Positions 23,985 through 34,421 of a stretch of DNA of 46,557 nucleotides are shown piece by piece. Every line of letters starts with the position of its first letter. Position 1 is the stretch's first letter. The DNA is from Macrostomum lignano (Eukaryota). The notes beneath the pieces are model-generated. The model ran no database searches, was not told the origin of the DNA, and worked only from the letters and a program-made list of their open reading frames with translations. The DNA lies in assembly GCA_002269645.1 (NCBI GenBank), contig NIVC01004421.1:1-46557 (forward strand), given 5' to 3'. The translations under genes and the position numbers were made by a program.

Positions 23985-25207
23985 AGCTACACACAGCTGC
24001 GTGTTGAAAGGCGCCGTAAAAACATTGAACCAATTAAATTGCGCAACTTATTTCTCAGGCAGTCAGTATCAGCGTCGGTTAAAGTTAACAAAAAGATTGC
24101 GCAATCTAAATCAGCCCTCCAATACACAGCAACCGACCCCCTTCCAATACGCAGTGCAGCTAGAAATTGAACCCCCCCCCTACTAACTATTGGGGGGGGT
24201 GTCGGTCGAACCCCCATTGAACTCCAAAATGAGCAAAATCTTTGCAGAAAGCTAAAAGTATGAAAATCTTTTCTTGAATGCTGTGAATTTAATTTTCATA
24301 TTTAAAGCAAAAAACTTATATCCCCGAACTCATCGCAGCAAGATCTTTCCAGCAATATAAGTCTATCCTCTCTAAGTTCAAAACTCGAGCAACAGTTAGT
24401 GTTTGAAACTTTCTGATTTTAAGCATTGAAATATCGAGTGTACGTTCACTGCCTGCTAAAGATGCTCGCAAGTTTATGCATTAAAATGCACTGAATTTCA
24501 CTGTGCAAAAATTACACAGGGATTCCTGTTAAAAAAACAGAACACAAATAGTTGCGCAATTGTCTATAAAGTCAGCCAGTGAGCCAGGGTCCAATTGTAC
24601 ACACGCCGCCAATGAGAACGCGCCCATTCCCCCACAGGAGAGAAAATGCACTGGCGACATAGGAAAAAGTTGTGGCGTAATCACTCAAAATTCATGCAAA
24701 TTTTCAGCTCCGAGCAGAAAAAGGGTACAATTAAGATTATCAAAGGTCAGAATTGCCGTTTTCTGCTTTTTTAGGGATCTTAAAATGTAAAAATAAAAGA
24801 TTAAAATAGCCTAAAGCCATCCTCGGAAAATTTGCAGTTTTCCCACATAAGTTTCAACGCTGACTTGCAAGTATTCTAGGAGGAGTTATCCAACAAACAC
24901 ACACACACACAGACAAACAACGCACCAGTTTTAGTATTAAGAGACGAGGCCAACTCCTCCTTCGGAGAAGAAAGGGGAAGAACTCCAATCAGCGGAATTC
25001 CATTCCCTGAACTCCATCAGCGGAATCCCATTTTCCAACACCTCTCCGCGCAACAGAAATCGTCTCCGTGAAACTGAACACTATCGAAATCCTCTCCGTG
25101 AAACTGAACACCATCGAAATATTCTCCGCGAAATAGAAATCCTCTCCGTGAAACTGGACTAAATCGAAATTTCTACGTCAAACAGCCCAGCTCTCAGAAT
25201 TCATTGG

Positions 25208-25229
25208 TTAGGGTTAGGGTTAGGGTTAG
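25208..25229 (+). repeat. (TTAGGG)3 tract, unit 4
   Basis: Direct read. Confidence 0.95.
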
Positions 25230-26617
25230 AGCTACACACAGCTGCGTGTTGAAAGACGCCGTAAAAACATTGAACCAATTAAATTACGCAACTTATTTCT
25301 CAGGCAGTCAGTATCAGCCTCAGTTAAAGTTAACAAAAAGATTGCGCAATCTAAATCAACCCTCAAATACACAGCAACCGACCCCCCTTCCAATACGCAG
25401 TGCAGCTAGAAATTGAACTCCCCCCCACCAACTATTGGGGGGTCGGTCGAACCCCCATTAAACTCCAAAATGAGCACAATCTTTGCAGAAAGCTAAAAGT
25501 ATGAAAATCTTTTCTTGAATGCTGTGAATTTAATTTTCATATTTAAAGCAAAAAACTTATATCCCCGAACTCATTGCAGCAAGATCTTTCCAGCAATATA
25601 AGTCTCTCCTCTCTAAGTTCAAAACTCGAGCAACAGTTAGTGTTTGAAACTTTCTGATTTTAAGCATTGAAATATCGAGTGTACGTTCACTGCCTGCTAA
25701 AGATGCTCGCAAGTTTATGCATTAAAATGCACTGAATTTCACTGTGCAAAAAATACACAGGGCTTCCTGTTAAAAAACAGAACACAAATAGTTGCGCAAT
25801 TGTCTATAAAGTCAGTCAGTGAGCCAGGGTCCAAGTGTACACACGCAGCCACTGAGAACGCGACCATCCCCCACTTGAGAGAAAATACACTGCCAAGATA
25901 GAAAAATTTTATGGCGCAATCACTAAAATTGATGCAAATTTTCAGCTCCAAGCAGAAAGAGGGGACAATTAAGATTATCAAAGGTCAAGACCGCCATTTT
26001 CTGCTTTTTTAGGGATCTTAAAAATTGAAAATGAAAGATTAAAATAGCCTAAAGCCATCCTCGGAAAATTTGCAGTTTTCCCATATAAGTTTCAACGCTG
26101 ACTTGCAAGTATTCTAGGAGGAGTTATCCAACAAACACACACACACACAGACAAACAACGCACCAACTTTAGTATTAAGAGAGGAATTCAAGCATACAAA
26201 CCTTAGAGATTTAGTATATTTAGAAGGAAGAAACTTTTCTCCTTCAATAATTTCTTTAGGACATACGCTCGTACCGTTAGAACCAAAAGGCCTAAAATTC
26301 CATTTGAACTTTTCACTTTATTGCAAGTTTCTTTTACCGTTTGTCTCTACCAAAAACACCAATTAGTCCACTGGAAACGTTTGAAGTGCACATGTAGACA
26401 GCAAACTTTGGAGATAAACCTTTGGAGAAACCCCTGGAGATAAAGATATTTTGGAAGTATATGAGCTTCCAAATCTGTGTCCAAAAGGTAAATTCAAACT
26501 CGCAAAAGGCCAGGACCATTTACTGGCGGGTTTACTCTTCAGCTGCGGTGTTAAAAACTGAGCAATGTCCTCACCTGTGAACACACAGCCAATAACTCAA
26601 CTAACATAATTAATTAC

Positions 26618-26941
26618 CTCAACCTCGGTCTGCGTCACATTGTACCCCAGATTGCGCATCTTTCCGCCGAGCTCGTCGGCCGATAGAACGCCGTCCAGAT
26701 TGGAGTCGAACATTCGAAACACTTCGCACCATTGGCTAGTGAAGTCGGCCACAGTCAGGCTGGCCGATCTGGACAGCGGCTTGTAGCGACCGCGCAGGGC
26801 CGTAGGACTGCTGGGCCGCCGGCTCAGGCGCCGGAGTCGAGTAGAACGGATCGGCGGCACCTCCGGTAGGTCGTCGATCTCGCTGTCCTCACTGCCGCTG
26901 TTGCTCTGGCCGCCATTTGAACCAGCTGATTTCGAGCTCAT
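26618..26941 (-). CDS. Calmodulin-like EF-hand protein B, exon 1 (Ser/Arg-rich N-terminus plus EF1)
   Basis: ATG at 26941; VFRMF-DSNLDGVLSADE-LGGKMRNLGYNVTQTEVE; phase-0 donor GAG|gtaatt at 26618/26617. Joining to the 15454 acceptor gives TQTEVE-DLIHEWDKD (compare calmodulin PTEAELQ-DMINEVDAD), about 267 aa in total. Confidence 0.85.
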
Positions 26942-28657
26942 TAATTGCTAACCGAAGGCGGAGTCGCTATCGTCTAAAGTAGATCATGAGATTCAAATTG
27001 ACCAGCTGGTATGAGTACGATTTCCCTTGGCTTATATTTACCTCATTTACCTTAGTTATTTACCCCATATCCTTAAGGTACAACTCACATCAATAGGAAA
27101 TAAAGAGAAATACGACGTATGCATAGGGCATGCCGTTGTTTATTCGTCTACTTATATGTATCTCCTACGGTTGCTTAGCGCGGGTGTCTGGATGAAGTTC
27201 CTGGGTCTCTTGATGGTGCCAATAAGATTTCCTGGATGAATTAGCGTACGTAAAGGGTTTTATCCGGCTGTCCTTTAGAAATCGAGGAGTTTTAAAACTA
27301 AAACATCGGATCCAAACGTGGTGATTTCAGTGAGGCGAAACTCGTATTTATAATCCCATATCCAAGCTTATGTACAATCTAGTCATGCAAGGCTTATGCT
27401 TTAATGCTTTAATGGAAGTCTTACGTTAAGGCGTGTAGTTTCGCTTCATTGTTATTTACTTGTACCCTTCATGATCGATCCGGATTCGAATGGATTTCCA
27501 TGCTTTTTTAATAGAACCGAATTACTCTAGGCCAACAAGTCACTATACTATACCTCTACCGTGCATAAAAATCTCACCTGTAATTAATAAAGGTCAATCG
27601 CCTTCTGAACGAAAAATCTCGTCAACTCCACGACTTATTTGTGCTTTGTGTCAGTATTCGAGACGCTCTCCTTACTTGATATCGAAAGCGAATCCTGTTT
27701 GCTGGAACAGGCAAACTAAAAGTTTTTATTTGAGTCGAACAGTCTTTCTCAACCTTTCCTTATCAATTTTGACTGGACATATTTTCTGCTTTTCTCATCT
27801 CTATCTGAATGTGCTGCCCAGTGCGTCCTCTGCGCGCGCACAGACCGAGTGTGCAGTCGACAGTGCGAGGAGCTGGAGAGGTAGCGAGCTGCAAAGAACA
27901 CAATGGAAGGAGTTTGTCTCGGCCAATCTTCACTCTGCTCTGCATGGCCGTAACCAATTCAAGTGAGTGACAAAAGAAAACTGCCCCCCCCCACCAGCCG
28001 AGTCGCTTTACCTTACAGCACGGCTAAGGCTATCCGAAGGAGAAGGCGTAGTGCCAGCGGGCACAAGACCATTCGAACTTCCAAGCACTCGTAGATGGTT
28101 GCAAGAGATTGTCTAAGCACAGGGCTTGAGAAGCGCAAAGTAGATGTACAGGACTTCCACTGAATGTGAAATAGCTATGGACGTGATATTCTGAACGACA
28201 ATGACTGTAATTGTTTTTCTGCTAAGGAACAAAATTTGTTCTTATTCTTAGAATATTTTTCAGTTGCATAAAAAGGCTATACATTTCTTAAGACAGTTTT
28301 TCCTATTTTTTACTGTTCAAAATGCAAAGGGATGAGGTATTTGTGGCGACAATATTTCTGATTTCTGATGCTTATGGATTAGGGTTCAATGTTCGCAACG
28401 ATGCCATGTACTTTAACAAAGTCGAAAACAGAAAAATCAAGAATAATTTTATCAAGGTAACGCGGAGGCACATTCTCACTTGGATGACACCAAGATGCTC
28501 AAACGTCTGTTTTGCTCATTGTATATTTATTAGTGGAAAAAATTAATTATTTTGTCAAGTTTAGCATTCACGAATACACACATTTAGTAAGTAACTTAAT
28601 TTTTTCGCCAGTTTCGAACTTTCGAGGATAGTCAATCTACCTGGATTCCCTACGAGG

Positions 28658-28977
28658 TCAGAGCGGCTCCTCGATGCTCCTTCTGAGCATGATGACAAAG
28701 TCCTCGTAGCTGACCTTGCCAGTACCGCCTCTGTCCAGTTGTCCGATCATCTTGTTCACCTTTTCGTCTGTGCCGATCTCTCCCAGCACGTCCATGGTCT
28801 CCTTGAGCTCCTGGGCGCCGATGAATCCGTCCTGGTCTTGTCCAGGAAGCCAAATATTGAGAACAGCACAGCGTGAGTGCTCCGGCGCTTTTTAGCCTTC
28901 TTTGAGCACACCAGGCTGGCGAAGTCGTAGAACTCCATAGACTGCACGTCGCGTTTAAGGTGGGCGTCGACTATTTC
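28658..28977 (-). CDS. Calmodulin-like EF-hand protein A, exon 2, with a 1-nt deletion near 28837
   Basis: Acceptor atatttcag|GAA. It reads ...LFSIFGFLDK; adding one G gives DKDQDGFIGAQELKETMDVLGEIGTDEKVNKMIGQLDRGGTGKVSYEDFVIML and a stop at 28660-28658. Confidence 0.8.
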
Positions 28978-29291
28978 CTGAAATATCAAACAATCGATAT
29001 GCATCTGCAATGATGGTATCTATAATCATATTGTAATGAATGTAAGTGTATATAAAAAGCTTATAACTATAGTTTTAGATGTCTATAATTCAACAAACAA
29101 ATATACAATATTTTCTATAACCTCAGCCATATCGTTCTGAATGGTAGCACAAAAAACAGATTCACTTTTTAACTTTCACTTTTAAAAGATTGACAATGTA
29201 GCGTTGCTATACATTGACCGCTTTACTGGTGTTTACTTAACTTTTTTTCTACCAAGCATGGTAAGAACATATTCAAAAATATTAATTCTAC

Positions 29292-29495
29292 CTCAATATA
29301 AACCTCGTTGACGTAGAGTTGCAGAGCATCGAAGGCCTCTTTGAGCTTTGAGATTGGAATTCTGTCGTTCGAGGAGAATCGCTTAAACACTCCCATGCAC
29401 TGCGTCAGGTCGTCTTCAGTCATCTCAACGCTACCGTCGATGCCTAGGAGGCGCTTGAGCTCTGTGCTGCTGCTGCTGCTGCTGCTGGACGTCAT
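29292..29495 (-). CDS. Calmodulin-like EF-hand protein A, exon 1 (poly-Ser N-terminus, degenerate EF1)
   Basis: ATG at 29495; AGC-repeat poly-Ser; DDLTQCMGVFKRF...ISKLKEAFDAL; phase-0 donor GAG|gtagaa at 29292/29291; 314-nt intron. Confidence 0.75.
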
Positions 29496-31426
29496 TTTTC
29501 GCTGAGAGCTGGACTCAGATTGGTTTTCCGAGGAAAAATTTAAAAAATTCTACCAGAACAGAAAGCCACTTAAGTAGCCTGTATGACTAGTGACCCCTAC
29601 AGCACGCGGGAGGCCCGGCTTCAGCCAGTCATCGCGCGGCCCTGAAAATTTCTGGACACAAATGCAGAACCCCTTTGGACGCATTGTGACGCATAATTGC
29701 TGCTAGCCATCAATCATCACCTGCCACTCAATTTCTGCTACACAAGTCTGCAAGCTTTCCATTTAGAGTTTGAACCGAAAGGTTATTTAATGTTAAACTA
29801 GTCTTGATTGACGTCAATTTATTGTTTTTTTTGGCTAATTGAGTGTGAGAAATGTTTTCTTCGGGTGCGAAAAAACCATCGCATACAGGTAAAAGAAGAT
29901 TAAGAATAAAGATGACCTAGCATGCAGGGTTGCCGCATTCCATGGTGCAACTTGCGACAACTGACTGAAATTCAGTTCGCATTCAAGCGCTGCAGTTGTG
30001 TAGTGTTCTTTCGATTCGGAGCCAATTTTATAAAATTGAACGAAAGTCCTTAATGGATTTAAGTACGAGAAGCAGAGGTTTCGGAACGATTTTATGTGCA
30101 CATAGGAGATTTTAGTGCTCCTTCGGTGCCTGTGTATTTTTTAGTACTCGTATTTTACAGGGGTCTTTGATTACTTCGACCTAACCTAGATGGGGCCCCA
30201 GTTGATTTAAGCATTATTCAAAGGTGACACAGGATGCTAAGTAAAATATGCTGGACGCGAGCTGACAGGTATGAGTAGTTAAAATTGAAATACAGCGGTA
30301 ACTTAGCGGTACTTAAAATCGATTTTGACTGCTAAAATCGATGCGCAAAAGGCTTTTACAACGAAAGGTCTAAATGAAAGAAATCAGCAAGACCTTTGCC
30401 CACGCATTTATCAGAAGAAGCATAACAATGTTAGCCTTCCCAACTTGAAAGTTTTGAGGTATGGCAGCTGACTCAGAGCTATGTGTGGACTCACAACAAC
30501 GCTGCCTGATTCGTTTTTTTAACAAGTCTCAGCGTTTCATACAAAGAAAAAAGCTTTAGCAGAAACTCAAGCCCAGCCACTGTCTACAGGTACGGAATTT
30601 TTTGAGACCTTTCCTGGAATTTCCCACGCTCAGCTCCCGACGCCGGTTGGCACAATAGTCGTCATGCAGAAGACCCGTGATGAATTCAAAAGTTTAGCTA
30701 TATTAAAGGAGAGGCTGGAGCAGGAGATGGAGATGATGCGGCAAAGGAAGCTGGTTTTTAGAGGGGGTAGGGATGCAGCTGACTCGTGAATAGCATACCA
30801 GAGTAGGCCAAAGGGAGGGGGCGCGGGTGGTATTTATTGATCTCCCTCTGTATTGAAGTTTTGCTGGCGCCTTGTGACATCTCACAGTCAGGGCGTTCAG
30901 TGGTTGCATTGCATGCGTTTCTGACTCTAAAGACAATAGTCTCCAAGAGCGCTGCTGTGTCCCGCCCGTCCCCCTGCGACGCTGCGAGTATAAGGGCACG
31001 GCAGAGTGAGCCGGCCTAAACATCCACTTGTGTCTGCACCTCACATGACTGTATAGGCAACGCGGTCTAGAAGGTTTCCTCAATTTCTTCATCCCTTCCT
31101 TTTCACCTGTTCCTCCTCACCGGTTGAGAGGGGGTTGGGGTTGGTGTTGCTGCAGTTTGTCTCTCGCGTCCTCGCCTGGCAACGGGTTGGAGTAGAAAGC
31201 CGCGGCTTAATCCCTCGCAAATGCTGCTTCCCCTCCCCCTTAATTCCGTGCCTACAGTTGCCACTCCGGCAATTTGAATTTCTTTTGTTTTCTGCTAAAA
31301 AATTTCCTGAGCGCCTCATTTTCGGGTATATCTCCCCCGGCTTGACCAGAGGTTAATAGAATACTCACGGCCAGGTAAATAGCAAGTTGTAGGACTCGGC
31401 AAACTACAAACACTGAGACGCCAAAC

Positions 31427-31637
31427 ATGCCATCAAAGTCGAAGGTCGGTTTCGTCAACTCAGATAGCGGCAGTGGCCGCGGCGGCAACAACGGAGGCAT
31501 CGACAGGAACAACAGCAGGAACAGCGAGGACGACAGCGAGGACGAGCGGCTGCTGGCGGAGCAGAGAGCCTCGGCCGACAAGCAGCTGCAGGAGATGGAC
31601 GGGCTGGACGGATACGAGAAGATCGGCGTACCTGGCG
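31427..31637 (+). CDS. SSUH2: SSUH2 homolog, exon 1
   Basis: ATG at 31427, acidic N-terminus, phase-1 donor G|gtgagg. Confidence 0.75.
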
Positions 31638-31970
31638 GTGAGGGGCGAATGCCCAAGAAAATTCTTTGTTTTAAAGTGGCTTTCTGCCCAGCCCTTTTGC
31701 GAACGACACCTCCCTGTCTTATGTAGTAAAAATTGGTGAATATTCTTTTTATAAATTTCTCTCAGGACACTTTTAAGAGATACATCAAGTACGTCCACCC
31801 ATTATCTTTGCCATCATGATTGCAAAAATACCTGGGCGTTATTTCAAAGTAATATTGACAGGATTGTCAGGAAGTTTTATGACACTTCCCTACGTAAGCT
31901 AGATCAGATCCAAACCTACTAGTATTAGTTTCAAGTTCAATTGGCGTCCTCCTTGACCGCCGCGTTTCAG

Positions 31971-32046
31971 CCCTCGCTCAGCTGCCTGCCCCGAAGGCTA
32001 AAAGGCAAGAATTCGATGCCAAAGCCGGTGCTAAGACTTTTGAAAA
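31971..32046 (+). CDS. SSUH2: SSUH2 homolog, exon 2
   Basis: Acceptor tttcag|CC and donor AA|gtaagt; phases 1 and 2 match the flanking exons. Confidence 0.7.
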
Positions 32047-32127
32047 GTAAGTCGCACTTAAAACATGGAAGGAATTGCTTTCAACGAGTCGTAACGCTTT
32101 TATAGACATTAAAAATCTCACTCGCAG

Positions 32128-32257
32128 GCTGCCCAAGGTAACAGAGGAGATCGCTCGGCAGACTCTCATTGAACATTCGCCGAAGAAGTGCTGCAACGGC
32201 CAGGGTCACTTGCGTACCATGCCAATCACAAAGGTCGAGAACACGCTAGCCTGGCAT
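32128..32257 (+). CDS. SSUH2: SSUH2 homolog, exon 3
   Basis: LPKVTEEIARQTLIEHSPKKCCNG...WH; cgcag| acceptor and |gtgagt donor. Confidence 0.85.
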
Positions 32258-32402
32258 GTGAGTGCTATAAACCTGACCTGCTTTTAAGCTTTAAGATGTG
32301 TAGTCTGTTGTGAAGGCTACGGTATGTCACAGTAATATGTGACTGCCCCACCACCTATGGAGACTTTTCACAAATTTACAAGCCACCATTTTGAATCTCC
32401 AG

Positions 32403-32588
32403 TACTCCCTGGAGAGTTTCGTTGAGTCCCGCTTCACCTGCTGGTCGTACGAGCCGTACACGGGCCAGCAGTTTGATGGCAGGGAGAACGGCCGCGCCCC
32501 CGGCCCCTGGGACATCGAGCTGCACCCCAAAGAGATGTTCGCGGACGAGGACAGAGAGATCACCGTACCTCATTCGGCATCGGTTAAG
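32403..32588 (+). CDS. SSUH2: SSUH2 homolog, exon 4
   Basis: YSLESFVESR...EPYTGQQFDG...PGPWDI...F...VPHSASVK, the characteristic SSUH2 block; phase 0 at both ends. Confidence 0.9.
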
Positions 32589-32763
32589 GTGATATTAAAA
32601 AAAGTTAACGCAAGCTAAAATATAACGGAGGGAGAAAAACTGGAACACTTTTTACCGTAGTATTTAAGGGTTTCATAGATACCAAAATTGCAGCACGGTG
32701 ATTGTTTGTGCGTACGATTTAAAAATTTACCTCCCAATCCAAAAACCATATTTCAACTTGCAG

Positions 32764-32930
32764 CCGTGCCACCACTGCAGCCAGAGCGGCCGAGTGCCCT
32801 GCCGCAAGTGCCGCGGCAAGAAGACGGTCAGCTGCAGCGGCTGCTCCGGTCAGGGCAAAAAGATGCAGACGCAGGGCGCGGTGCCGCGTAAGGTGGTGTG
32901 CGGCGACTGCGACGGACACGGGAAGAAGCG
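32764..32930 (+). CDS. SSUH2: SSUH2 homolog, exon 5 (CxxC repeats)
   Basis: CHHC, CRKC, CSGCSGQG, CGDCDGHG; ttgcag| acceptor and CG|gtaaga donor. Confidence 0.9.
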
Positions 32931-33337
32931 GTAAGAGCGGTGGGGAGCGTAGCGCAGCAGTGGTCTTATGTACCAGCGGCCAAGGCTCGATTCCAAGCGC
33001 AGTCACATTAATTTGAGGCTACATTAGAATCTTGGCTTGGCTCTGCTCGTGCTATTAACACCCCTGAGGGCCAACCTCCAAGGCACAGTTAAGTGTACAT
33101 GCCTAACGATAAATAAATGTAGGGCCACTGTACACTCCTGTGTGTGTATGCGTGTGTGTATCTGTGTTTACGACTGCGTACGTATCCGCGCGCTTGTGTG
33201 CTTGCTCAGGGGAGTCGGTAGAATGGGCAGTAAATAACGAGTAGCCTCTCGCAAGAACTACTAGAAGTTACCGTTGTAATAGCGCTTAACTTCTTGTCGG
33301 TGATCGGCCTCTCACCGACTGTGTGACAATTTCGCTT

Positions 33338-33427
33338 AAAAATACAGCCCCCTGCCTCTAAAGACACAGCCCCTGCCTCTAAAGACACAGCCCCCTGTCT
33401 CTAAAGACACAGCCCCCTGCCTCTAAT
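33338..33427. repeat. 22-bp tandem repeat x4 in SSUH2 intron 5
   Basis: Unit aaagacacagccccctgcctct. Confidence 0.9.
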
Positions 33428-33726
33428 AAAAATCGGTAAGAGTCAGAACCGCTTAGTTGGTTAGGTTGCAGGGGGTCTTTGGGCCCAACCGCAAAACCAT
33501 GCAATGCGACAGTCGTGGTCACAGCCACCGCAACCAGCGAGGATGCAAACCGTCCAACCCATTGGACTCACATGGAAACTTACGCAAGTACACTCTCGCA
33601 CAGGATGTACAGCGGCTCTAAGTTTCTCATCCTCAAGCATGTACACTCTCTGTGGCTCTGGAGTTGGCCCTCATGGGTAAGAATATCGCACGAGTCCAGG
33701 AGGTCGAATTTCGAGCACTAGACCTG

Positions 33727-33774
33727 GTACTTTGGTGCGAGAGTACTTTGGTGCGAGAGTACTTTGGTGCGAGA
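33727..33774. repeat. 16-bp tandem repeat x3 in SSUH2 intron 5
   Basis: Unit gtactttggtgcgaga. Confidence 0.9.
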
Positions 33775-34132
33775 ATCGAACGCTGAGCTACTCTTGCTAA
33801 CCAGGACTTCTTAGGGAGAACTTAATGCTGAATAGTGATCACAATGTTCCTTGAGTCCTTAATTCAATGTTAGAGAACTTCTGATTTATGCGTGTCTAGT
33901 GTCATTGTACTACCATAGTGAAACAGCTACGAGCTACCTGTACTTCTTTCGAGGTATAATTGCTTCATCTTTATCCTTTAAAGATCTTGCTATGTTATCT
34001 TTAATCATCTTCGTTGAATCCCACTGAAAATTGAATGAGATTTCCGAATTAGACCCTTCCTCTGCATTGTCAGAGCTGTGCCAATCAATTTGGAACTTCA
34101 ACTTGCAACCTTCGCCACGGCACCCCATACAG

Positions 34133-34328
34133 CTGTCCGGTGTGCCAAGGCAACGGCGACGAGCAGTGCAGCACCTGCAAGGGGCAAAAACGGCTGGTCA
34201 TCACCGTGAAAATGAAGTGCGAATGGCGCCGAAAGGACGTTGACTTTATCGAGGAGAAGACTGACATGCCCGACGAACTGGTGCGGAACGTCACGGGAAA
34301 GGTTATTTTCGAGGAAGAGGCCGAAAGT
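34133..34328 (+). CDS. SSUH2: SSUH2 homolog, exon 6
   Basis: CPVCQGNG, CSTCKGQK, then FIEEKTDMPDELVRNVTGKVIFEEE; atacag| acceptor and |gtaagc donor. Confidence 0.9.
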
Positions 34329-34421
34329 GTAAGCCTATTGTTTGCTTCTGTGTTGATGTTCGCGCAAAGAATGATGGGCCAAATATGGACTAAAAAGTGA
34401 AACGCAATCCCTGACTTGCAG

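Larger units (their letters stand above)
20695..26182. mobile_element. Four head-to-tail ~1.24-kb units, possibly non-autonomous Helitron-like elements, each with an internal (TTAGGG)3-4 tract
   Basis: Units start with acgaggccaactcc at 20695, 22457, 23699 and 24944 (periods 1762, 1242, 1245). Each has a ~30-bp gaaatcctctccgtgaaactg subrepeat array, a TTAGGG tract, a poly-C/poly-G hairpin, and a (CA)n-gacaaac...ttttagtatta end. The tandem repeat is directly visible; the Helitron assignment rests on resemblance only. Confidence 0.5.

Noticed and set aside
21018-25229. True telomere or chromosome-fusion site
   Set aside because: Only 3-4 repeats, at the same position within each 1.24-kb unit, all on one strand with no head-to-head junction.
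20945-25416. Repeated MVRVRVRVR... ORFs and other short ORFs in the 1.24-kb units
   Set aside because: VRVR is the translation of TTAGGG. The ORFs are short, differ between copies and lack domains.
30703-31356. Several 60-130 aa ORFs between gene A and SSUH2
   Set aside because: They overlap on both strands, lack recognisable domains and do not chain into one frame; more likely promoter or UTR sequence.
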